Assembly (NCBI RefSeq): GCF_006345805.1
Contig: NC_043019.1
Span: forward strand, 9,857,360 to 9,921,359
Source: Octopus sinensis
Taxonomy: Eukaryota
DNA length: 64,000 nucleotides
Reading direction: 5' to 3'
Positions 1 to 11,800 of this stretch are shown piece after piece. A model generated the notes under the pieces. That model made no database searches. It saw only the letters and a list, made by a program, of their open reading frames with translations, and was not told the DNA's origin. The position numbers and the translations under genes are program-made. The first letter of the stretch is position 1; each line of letters opens with the position of its first letter.

Positions 1-174
1 TTGAAATCATTGCTCCTGCTGTCGATAATATGTTTGTGCAAAAGATAACAGTCTGAGTCCAAATTGTCTTGGCTTCTCTTATGGGCAAAAAGCCTTCAAA
101 TGTTTTGATACTGAATAATAATAATAACATCAAAAATACCTTAGGAATGAGAACCCAGGTTCAAAATTTCCCAA

Positions 175-220
175 GACACCTGATGAAGCCTGAAGGATAT
201 ATCAGCCAAAACGTTGTGTT
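175..220 (+). ncRNA. Degenerate minimal type-I hammerhead ribozyme in a Penelope-like terminus (~130-270)
   Basis: GACAC-CUGAUGA-A-GCCUG..CAGCC-AAAA-CGUU-GUGUU; GAAA box mutated to AAAA. Confidence 0.6.
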
Positions 221-1569
221 AACAACAAACAAAATGAGGACAAATATCCATCAAATGTAAATAATGTAGAATCATTATTATAGGTCAAATCATTTTTCAA
301 ACCACTCCAACTGACTGTGTAAAGGAAAACTTGTTGAAATTTTTGCTCATCTTAATCCGAAGAATAAATATCCATAATTTCCTCATTTGTAAAGAATTTA
401 GGCCTTGCTTGTTTACCAGACAAAGTGCGAGGTTCATCACAAAAGGAACTAATTTCTTTTTCTCAAAATCAAAAGTAAACATCAGTTATGGAGGATGCCA
501 TTAATAATGAGTCATAAATACTCTACACTGCAAAGCTGCAATGTGACTGATTGTCTATTTTTAGTATTTTATCTTCTTTTTCTACGTGTGTTGTTCATTA
601 CTGCTTTAATGGGAATCTGGTTGAGATTACATTTTGGCAATTCCTACTATAGCAGGAACACAGTTCGACAAGGCTAATCCATCTCATCACTTTCCTGCAA
701 AGTCAACTGTCAGAGTCCATCTCCTTTTCTCCCAAAATTAAACCTGGTAGAGCCAATCTCCCTTTTTCTGTTAAGTCAACCTGACAGAGTCCATCCTCCT
801 CCATAAGAATCAGTAGAGTTCCACCCACCCTATGACCAATGAAACAACCTCTGCATGGAAATTCAAACTACCAGAAATAGCAGCCAGTTTTCCTAATCAT
901 AGCTTCCCACCTGAGAATATGTTAGTTAATGTGTTTCTAGACTCACTTGCCAAGGGAAAAAAATGGGCTGATTAGGTCACCTATGACCAAAAGCACGGGT
1001 GCTTTTGGTCATAGGTTTGCTCAATCAGGGTGAATATGGGACAAAGCAAAAATGACTCATCCAAACATTTCATTTTTTTTTCCATACTTGCACAGGCTGG
1101 AGAGGTCCTCTTCAGCAGGGCTTATCACCATGTTTTGCAGCTCTTGTTTTCATATGGGTCATTATAACTTCTTCCCATATTTTCACCGAACTCCTTTTGC
1201 TTGGAACTCTTAGCAGTTCACCCATCTTTCATGGCTAATAAACCTAATCTGTCCCGATGTATAAAATCACAACCTTTCATTTTGGATGCCTTTTGTAGAG
1301 CCCACTTTGGTAAAAGCTTTTGAGCTTGGTCTCCAATCTAAGGATAATTTTTACCTTTTAACCCAGTAATATTAGGGGTCTTGGAAATGGCAGTGGATGC
1401 CCCCTTTCTCTTCAGACTAAGTTATCAGAAAAGACACCTCTACAAAAAGAAAAAGTAAAAAATAAAAAACACTTAACATTCTTCATATACAGCTCCATGC
1501 CAATGTATTCTCATTATATGCTCACAACACCAGATCTCAAAACAAAAATAAGATAATATAAAATCTTAC

Positions 1570-1851
1570 CACAAGCTTATTTTCTTTACGGTTAACAATC
1601 ACACTTGTTATTTGCTGATCTAAAAATACCAGAATTGAAGCCAACATTGCTGGTAAGCAGGCTGCAATATATAACCACCATGGATTCTTGCTACTAATTG
1701 GGTTGATGACCCAGTCACGCTTTGATGGGTCAGTTGGTTGGAACTTTGTAGGAACTGTTAATTTTGGTGTGTCCAGACCAACTGCGGCATCTATGCCAGA
1801 CATCACTATAATTGCGATGAACACAGCAAAGTCACTGGTAATTTGTCGTAC
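1570..1851 (-). CDS. SLC4: SLC4 exon, TM7-TM8 ([14 protein letters not shown]...[17 protein letters not shown])
   Basis: Conserved motifs; acceptor tttttag, donor GTG|gtaag, phase 0/0. Confidence 0.97.
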
Positions 1852-4800
1852 CTAAAAATAGTATATATAATAATAATCATCCTTTTACTATATTAACAAA
1901 GCCTGAAATTTTAGTCAATTACATTGAGCCACTGGCATTTATTTTATCAACCTTCAAAGGACGAACGGCAAAGTCAACTATGGCATAATTTTAACACAGA
2001 ATGTAAAGAAGACTAAATGCTGCAAAACATTTTGTTCAGTTTGCTAACATTTATATATATAAAGGGACTCCACCTGTACTTTTTTACAATAGCAGCAAGA
2101 GGCCTCGGGCCATTTAACACTGGGGAAGTTGAATTCCCTCACAAGAAACACACTCACGTGATGTACCAGTTTCATGAAGGTTTCTTTTATTTTTGTGAGG
2201 TAATCTTCAATCTTGGCCATGTGGTTTGGAGCATTTGGTGGATGATATGTATTGCATATGACTATATTGTGTTGTCTTATGTATACAGCTTGAGTGTTAC
2301 ACACTGAATTTGAGTTTGGCAGTAGGAGCTGGGCCAGGAGGTCCTCATGGATGTATACAGCAACTCCACCACAGCTCCTTTCCCTTCTGTCCATTCGCAG
2401 TATAGTATATTTTGGTATGTGTACTTCTGCATCCTCCATATCAGGCCTAAGATGAGTTTCCATGAGTGCTATGCATGGGCTTGATTTTGCTTTTATTGTT
2501 ATGATGCAACAGGGCTTCAATATTTAGTAAAAATAGTGGCATGATGACTGTGCAGGCGTTAGGGGAGGCTGTCCCATGTCTGTTGATTGCAGTAGGCAAG
2601 GTTCTGTGCTTGTGCTTGATGTGACCAAAGTTCTGTGTATTTAATGTGCAAAAAAGACTTGCTCAGCTGCTGCATTTTGCATACCATCTGAGGAGTGCAC
2701 TACATCTGCATACTTTCTCTTTGGAGACGAGAAGTATTTGGTGGGGTCTCAGGTGAGCAAATTGGTAGTTTGTACCATCTTCCACATGCCAATATTTGCT
2801 TTGCATGTAAAATTTGCATGTCCTTATCTTTACTCCAATTTTTTACTCTCCTCTAGAGTTGGTAATACCATTGGAGTCTCCATATTTGGGTTGTTTTTGT
2901 TTTATGTTTGGTGGGTCTTGGTTTTAATTTTGTTTCTTCATTTCCTTTTCCTTCCTCTCCCATTCTTTTGTGGGATCACTGGATCTGAGGGACTTCTAGT
3001 TGTTGCTTCATCTTCCCTATCCTTATCAGCTTTGCCACAGTTGTTTTTCATAATGGCATCAGAATGTCAATGTGTGGTCTAATAAGAGCATATGATTGGC
3101 TAAATCCATTTTTCTTCCATTCTATCTGCTCTCTGGTTCTACCATTGTTCTTCAGTGCAGCAGTAATGATGTTGTTTGGAGGATTGCCACTAGCAGTTGT
3201 CCAAGCTCACAACAGTAGTTTCAGTTCCTTGCTCTCCAATTTTGGTGCCATCTTCGTAGTCAAAACCCAGAGGGGCTAGTAAAGATAGAGAGGAAGTGAG
3301 AGAGACAGAAGGGGGTAAAGAGAGAGACAGAAGGATGGAGAGGGAAAGAGAGAGGGAGATATGACGGAGAGAGAAAAGGGAGTATGAAGTGATAGGGAGA
3401 GGAAAGACAGATGATAATATACAGGAAGGAGAATGGAGCGATAGGGAGATAGAGACGAAGGGGAAGAGAAAGAGAGAGACAGAGTGAGGGGGAGAGGAGG
3501 GGAAAGAAGGAAGGTATGAAAGGGAGGGGAGAGAAAGATAGAGACAGAGTGAGGGAGAGACAAGAGGAAAAAGAAGATATGAAAGAGAGAGAGGGACAGC
3601 AAGTAAAGAAGATATGAAGGAAAGAGAAAACAGAGGGTATGGAATGAAAATGGCAACTGTAAATGAATGAAATGGCCGCTGTAATGTTTGCCAAATTCCA
3701 TTGAGTGAACATATAGAAACGTGGTCAGAAAATGTTTCAAAACTTTCCTTTCTACAAACTACGTGACACAAATGAGGCTGGAAGAAAGATGAAAGAAAAA
3801 AGTTTTGAACAGAAATAAGAACAATAATATAACAACCAGTTAATGATGTAGATTAAAAAATATCTTTAACGTATGAATATAAACTGATTACAGCAGACTC
3901 CCACTAACTGAAATAAAAACAATCAAAACCAGCTAAGTTTGCTCACTCATAAAACCATTACATGTAAACCACAAGCTAATTGGTTAAAATAAAGGCAAGT
4001 TCTATGCCAGTAATATCGGTATGCCCAGAAAACCATGGTGTTTAACTGCATGCAGACTGGACAAAACCATGTTCCAAAAATTCAGCTTGTTGGAGCCTTC
4101 TACGAGGTATAAAAAGGAAGAAGTCAGTCGTTTTACTACAGCTGTCAAGAACTCAACTGTCAGTTGAATACATTTTGAAATCTGATGATTACTACAAACG
4201 TATGAAACTGCTAATTGAACTTTATGAACATTACAAAATATTTTTTAATCTTTAACACATTTCAACATTGTAAAAAAATTTTTCAAAATACAATAAAAAA
4301 CGTAAAAATGAGACCACGTTTTAACTCCATTCAACTAATATATTATTCTATACACATTTACGCAAATTCAGAAATATACACACACACACACACATATTTG
4401 AAAGTGTATGAGAATTACTTGATATGATTTTTAAAGTGTACAATTGATTCTTTACAAATATTTTTTAAATGTTATGAAATCTATTATGAGGATGTTACTA
4501 ACCATTTTTGGGAAGAAGTGTTTTTATAGTGTGTGTGAGCGCTTTTACTCTTTTACTTGTTTCAGTCATTTGACTGCGGACATGCTGGAGCACCGCCTTT
4601 AGTCAAGCAAATCGACCCCGGGACTTATTCTTTGTAAGCCCAGTACTTATTCTATCGGTCTGTTTTGCCGAACCGCTAAGTGATAGGGACGTAAACACAC
4701 CAGCATCGGTTGTCAAGCAATGCTAGTGAGACAAACACAGACACACAAACACATACACACACACATATATATATACATATATACGACAGGCTTCTTTCAG

Positions 4801-7800
4801 TTTCCGTCTACCAAATCCACTCACAAGGCATTGGTCGGCCCAGGGCTATAGCAGAAGACACTTGCCCAAGATGCCACGCAGTGGGATTGAACCCGGAACC
4901 ATATGGTTGGTTAGCAAGCTACTTACCACACAGCCACTCCTGCGCCTATGATTTTTTTAACCTTTTTAAACATACGTACTCCTTCCTTTCTAATTTGCTG
5001 TAATTACACAATGTGTGTGTGTGTGTGTGTGCATATGCACATATATACACAACATGCTTCTTTCAGTTTGTGTCTTCCAAATCAACCCACAAGGCATTTT
5101 GTTGACCTGGGGCTACATAGTGGAAGACACTTGCCAACACTCCCATGCAGTAGGACTGAACCTAAACACACATGGTTAGGAAACAAGCTTCGTAACCAAA
5201 CAGCTATGTCTATGCCTATTATATATATACATACTCACACTAAGAGAGAAAGAGAGAGAAAGATACTCACAATTGTTGGAAAACATGTTCCGGCACGAAA
5301 CATTTTTAGTGCCATAGAGATAGTGAAGGTTCCCAGAAACAGTAAAATACTCATCAAGAAAACATTGTCTTTGTATGAAGGAGGATTGCATCCATCCCCT
5401 TTCAGCGTTCCATTTATAAGGTTACAAGCAGTTTCATTATTAGAATTTGCCACAGCAAGTGAACTATTTTGAAAGCAGCTACAGTTGTTAGATATAGGAA
5501 CATCTGGGTTGACATTCATTGGTGCAATTTTTATACCGATATCAGCAAGTTTATCAAATGCTTCAACAATGAAGATGATGGCAATTAAACAAGCAAAGCT
5601 CTCTTCTGTGAAGCGGGTTATGTATTTTACTAATGCACTCATATCAAAAGCAACAACAATCAATAAGATCAGCACAGTCCACATGCCCACCCAGAAACGG
5701 AGCGGCATGAAATCCCAGTCATTATCTCTAGAGTAAAAGAAAAAAAAGAAACAAGTGAAAAAAAAAAAAAAGATCATTTCTACAAAAGGCACAAGGCAGA
5801 AATGCTAGGGGAGTGGGTAAGTTGAATGTATGAAGAAAGACTAAGTTAACCTTTGTGTCATTTGACCTCAGAACATAACACTGGAAGAAATACCACTAAG
5901 TATTTTGTCTGGCATATTAATGACTGCCAGTTTACCACCCTAATAATAATAATAATAATAATAATAATCCTTTACCTTTTATTTGTTTCAGTTTTTTGAA
6001 CAGCAGCAAAACTGGGGTACAACCCTGAAGGGTTCTAGTTGAATGAATAGACCACAGTACTTATTTTTTAAGCCTGGCACTTATTCATCAACTTTTTTGG
6101 TCAATCACTAACTTATGGGTCTATAAACAAACCAACACTGGCTGTCAAGCAGTAGTAGTGAACACACACACAATGGGCTTCTTTCAGTTTCTGTCAACCA
6201 AACCCAGCTGCAAGCCTGGGGCTAGAGAAGATACTTGCCCAAGTAACATACAGACTGCATCCAGAACCACGTGGTAAGGAATAAATTTCTTACACAACAA
6301 TGCTGGTACCTATAATAATTATTTCTAGGTAATTGTTCAGTTTACATTTGTAAAATTAAAATGTGTTGACAATGTTGATAACTTTGATTTTAGTTTCAGT
6401 TGTTTCTGCTTTTTGTTATTTCTCAGTTCTTGTTTATTTTATATCTTTTTTGAGGTGTACTTTTAGCTGCAAGTTTGTTTTATGAAAGGAAAGAGAAAAA
6501 CAGTAAGGAATGATAGCTAGACAACCACTCAGAAATACAAATTTATGTGTGAGAGATACAACTAGATAGTTTTATAAATTGAGTAAATAATTGTTTTCTC
6601 CAAGTAAAGCTAAAAATCAGTTGTAAATAACAAAGATGGCAAGGGGTGACAAGAGTGAGTAAAGCATCAGACAACATATTTTGGTGTATTTAGTTATGTC
6701 CCTTGATCTTTTTTTAAAAGAGTTAAACTGAACAATTACCTCATTTCTATTCTAGGCACAAGGCCTGAAATTTTGTGGGAAGAGGCTGGCTGATTCATCA
6801 ACCCTACTGCTTCACTGGAACCTAATTTATTGGCCCCAAAAAGATGAAAGGCAAGGTGACTTCAGCAGCATTTGAACTCAGAATGTGAAGACAGATGAAA
6901 TACTGCTGAGTATTTTGTCCAATATGCTAATAGTTCTGCCAGCTTGATGCATGTCGCTATATATGAATTATTAGTGTTATTATAGCTTGGCACCTATTGT
7001 TTTATATATGTAAACAAACACTGGAAACTGGTTTATTTCTAATTCCATGTAACACATATTTCATTATAGTATAGGAAAATAGATACTTGTAACTTAACAG
7101 TTCAAAAGAAACTGACAAGACAAATGTCAGGCTTAAAAAAAAATTAATACTCGGGTCAAATCATTCAATTAAATTCAAGGCAGTGCCCCATCATTTCCAG
7201 TCTAATGACTGAAACAAGTAAAAGATAAAAGGATATCTATCTATATCTATAATTTAAATATAGGATAAAATCTTTATAAGAATTTATCAAGTAGTTAGCA
7301 TGAAAAATCTCATAAGGGAAAAATTTCTTGATTATTCCCTATAAATAAATAAATAGATAGATATAGATATATTTATTTATATTAAGGGCATTACTATACA
7401 TAAATGCCTCATGCTAAGAGGGACTCTTAAAGTTGAAACTACCATAAAAAACACATTGTACCGAACACGGTACAATGTGGTTATTATGGTGGTTTTGACT
7501 TTAAGAGTCCCACTTAGCATGAGGCATTTATGTATAGTAATGCTCTTAATATAAATAAATATATCTATCTATCTATCTATCTATCAATATATTATATTAT
7601 GGAACTATAAATATATATATATTACATGGAAAAATGCGAGCATGAGAAGTAATATTTTAAAGATTATAAACCTGGAAAATTACAGGACAAGTTAATTATA
7701 CTTGGAAACGTTTAGGACAACTTATTACATCTGGTAAAGTACAGAACAAGAAAACTTTTACTTCAAATATTGCAGCTGAGGATAAAATTTCAAATAAAAT

Positions 7801-8847
7801 ATTTAGATTTAGAAAAGATTAGCTTTTATTAGCCGAAAGGAGGTAGTCACAGTTCTAGGACAGCACTCTACACCATATGAGATATCATCAGGTGTACCAC
7901 AGGGATCTGTCCTTGGTCCCCTCTTGTTTGTGGCATACATTAATGACATAGATGCCAATTTAAAGAATGCCACAGTATTGAAATATGCAGACGACATCAA
8001 GTTGTACCTTGAAATCAAGAGGACAGATCCTGATGTCTACAACTCTTTCCTGCAATCAGACCTAGACACAATGCAGCAATGGATCACAGACTGGCAACTG
8101 AAACTGGCTGTGGACAAGTGTACCACCATGCATTTTGGGAGAAAAAACCCTGCGTCCACATACTCCCTCCACAACACTGATATCAAGAAATCCTCTTGCG
8201 AGCGTGACCTAGGCATCGCTGTCAGCAGTGATTTGTGTTGGACAGGGCATATCTCTAAAATTGTCAAGAAGGCCGAGGGTGTCTTGGCATCACTCAGCAA
8301 GACTTTTGTTAGCCGCTCTCCAGCCATCTATTTAAAACTGTATATAGCTATGGTACGACCACACTTGGAATTCGCATCATCAGTTTGGAACCCCTATCTT
8401 GCTCAGAACATTGACCTCCTGGAATCTGTCCAGAGACGTGCAACCAAACGCATACCCTCCATCAGGCACCTACCATATTCTGAGCGCCTTGTTTCCCTGG
8501 GCATGGATTCACTGAAGCTCCAGCGTCTGGCGATGGACTTGGTAAACACCCACAAAGTTATCAACCACCTCACCAACAACAACACTGAATACCTTTTTGA
8601 TCTCCATGTGTCTAACACACGTGGACATGCCTACAAAGTCAGAAAACAACACAGCTCCCATGACTTTCGGAAACATTTTTTCACGCTCAGAGTTGCTGAA
8701 GCATGGAATAAACTGCCTACGTCAGTTGTTGACTGCCATGACACTGCATCCTTTAAGGCCCTCATGCTTTCCGAAATCCGCCGAAACTACACCTGATTAT
8801 ATATATACACTTTAGATGAGTTGTAGTGCACCTGAGCACTGTACACA

Positions 8848-8880
<33 letters not shown>

Positions 8881-11800
8881 ACTGAAAATTTTATTACAAG
8901 TTATTACTTCTATTTGTTATTACTTGCTACTTCTATCAAAAATAAAAAAATAAGTCAATATTTTTTGTATTTAAAAAAAATGAATTTTTAAAATTATTAA
9001 TTAATAATTAGAAATTTGAAAATAGGTTATAAAAAATAATAATACATTAATTAGTTCAATAAATAGAATAATACAAAAATTAGTTATATATTACAGTAAA
9101 ATTTACCTATAGCAACAACTTAACAATAAAATTTGCTTGAGTTATTGCTGAATCTTCACATTTTTAGTCTTAACCCAATACCTACTTTTACATAATGAAT
9201 TTGAATTTGTCTACCATATATACTCTTCTACTTTGCATAAAAATTTAGCTATATTGGTACTTCTCATTTTTTAAGTATTCTAGTGTGTCAATATTTTAAC
9301 GAAATGTTACCTTTTTTAATTATAGGGTTACTTTACTCTTTTACTTGTTTCAGTCATTTGACTGTGGCCATGCTGGAGCACCACATTTAGTCGAGCAAAT
9401 CATCCCCAGGACTTATTCTATCAGTATCTTTTGATGAACCACAAAGTTACGCGGACATAAACACACCAGCATCGGTCGTCAAGTGATGTTGGGGGGACAA
9501 ACACAGATGCACAAACACATACACACACCTACACACACACATATATATATATATATATATTATACATATGCATATATACGACAGGATTCTTTCAGTTTCT
9601 GTGTACCAAATCCACTCACAAGGCTTTGGTCAGCCCAAGGCTACAGTAGAAGACACTTGCCCAAGGTACCACGTAGTGGGACTGAACCTGGAACCATGTG
9701 GTTTGTAAGCAAGCTACTTACCACACAGCCACAATATTAAATAATTTTTAATATTCAAATTTTTATCTTTAGCTCAATACTTTAAATAAAAATTTTCTTG
9801 TTCTGTACTTTATCAGATGTAACAAGTTGTCCTGAACTTCTCCAAGTCTAATAACTTGTCCTGTAATTTTCCAGGTTTATAATCTTAAGATTATTTCTCT
9901 TGCCCACATTTTTCCATGTAATCCATGTTTTTTCCAGGCTATGCTATTATGCTAATTAATAATGTGTCAAATGTGTCAATTGGCAGTGTCATTGATAATT
10001 TTTCCTTACTTCAATGACGCCAGTAACATATATTAAAAGTCCCCTTATAGAACTATATTCATAAAAAAAGTATAGAACTATATTATTACCTTCAAATTTG
10101 AGAAACAAACACTCATAATTTTTTCATTTAAAAACTTCACTGCATGAGATTAATACCATGGAATTCATCAAACTGAGCTCTATCATTTAAGCTTAATTAA
10201 AATATAGTTTGTTTTTTAAATAAAAAAGTTAATTATACTTAACTCCAATTTTTTGCCTTAATTATATAGTTTTTCGTGATATCTTACCTCATAACTTTTT
10301 TGATACAAATTTTTGTTGCACGGGAACAAAACAATGAAATTCTTCATGCTTTCTTCTACCACTGAAGCTAAGATTAATATATTTTGCTTTTAAAATAAAA
10401 AGAGTTATTTAGATCTAAATTTGATTGGTGGCATTACTCTCCTATAATGTTGCTACAAATTTTGATGTAAATTTTCTTCTACTGGATAAAATCTAAATTT
10501 TTTATGCCAGAATGTAGCTAGGGACCAGTCCTCTTCAAAATTGTTAACTGATTTCAATTTGGTTTAGAACTGAATTAGCAACAAACTCTGAAAGATGCTT
10601 CATGTTAGTAAATTGTGGCCTTAAGAATATTATTCAACTACTACTGTAGTTGAATAATATATAAATATAATCGGCAAAGACATGGTTGTTTTGTTATGAA
10701 GCTTGGTTCCTAACCATGTGTGTTTAGGTTCAGTACCACTGCATGTGAGTGTCAGCAAGTACTTTCCACTATGTAGCCCCAGACCAACAAAAAGCCTTGT
10801 GAGTTGATTTGGAAGACAGAAAATGAAAGAAGCATGTTGTATAAATGCACACACACACACACACACATATATATGAAAAATACTGAGAAAATGTTGAAGA
10901 TGCATCAACATTTTCTTTCATACATATATGTATTGTGTAATTACAACAAATTAGAAAGGAATGAGGCTAGTATGCATTGCTGGATGTGTAATGTAAGTGT
11001 ACATGTTAACAGAGTGCTATTTTGGGACAGAAGTTAAGCATAAGAGGAATTTGTTGCTATTTTCACGAAAGAAGACTGCACTGGTTTTGTCATGTGATGT
11101 GGATGGATGCCAACAACTCCATAAAGAAGTTCCAATCTCTCAAAGTTGATGAAACACATGGAAATGGGAGACCCAAAAGACATGGGATGAAGTACTGAAG
11201 AATGACCCAGCACACGTTATAAAGGAGTTGGTGTTAGGAAGGGCATCCAGCTGTGGAAACTGTGCTAAATCAGACTGGAGTCTGGTGCAACTCCTCAGCT
11301 CTGGTCAAACAATTCAACACATGCCAACATAGACAACATCTTTAAAATTTCAAGTATGAGTCTAAAATTCAGTAAAGAAATTTACATACTAAATTTAAAT
11401 ACACAGAAAATAAGTGAAATAACACAAAAATGAAGGGAAATCTGTGAAACAAGATAGAACCTTGTGGTGTGTGATCAAGTGAAGCATTTGGTGCTGCATT
11501 GATGTTTTCTACTCCTCCTCTTTTTCTCTTCTGCATTTTTTCTTTTCTTTCTTTTGTAAAATCTTACATTATGGAAGAATCATGACTATTGTTTCAGATT
11601 TTTATTTTAATATGGTTTTCTATTATTCATATATCATATACATATACATAGGCACAGGAGTGGCTGTGTGGTAAGTAGCTTGCTAACCAACCACATGGTT
11701 CCGGGTTCAGTCCCACTGCGTGGCATCTTGAGCAAGTGTCTTCTGCTATAGCCCCTGGCCGACCAATGCCTTGTGAGTGGATTTGGTAGATGGAAACTCA

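Larger units (their letters stand above)
7620..9921. mobile_element. Fold-back/MITE-like element with ~190-bp inverted arms (7620-7805 and 9735-9921) carrying nested insertions
   Basis: agattataaacctggaaaattacaggacaagtt pairs with aacttgtcctgtaattttccaggtttataatct; attacatggaaaaatg pairs with catttttccatgtaat. Confidence 0.75.

Noticed and set aside
1-1569. Next SLC4 exon (expected KGxGYHLD...)
   Set aside because: Not found on the minus strand by eye; presumably lies beyond the window edge.
3190-3771. Three overlapping Ser/Leu/Phe-rich ORFs that look like membrane proteins
   Set aside because: Artefact of the GA-rich repeat.
11651-11725. tRNA-like sequence with A and B boxes
   Set aside because: It is the head of a multicopy SINE and I could not fold a complete cloverleaf.
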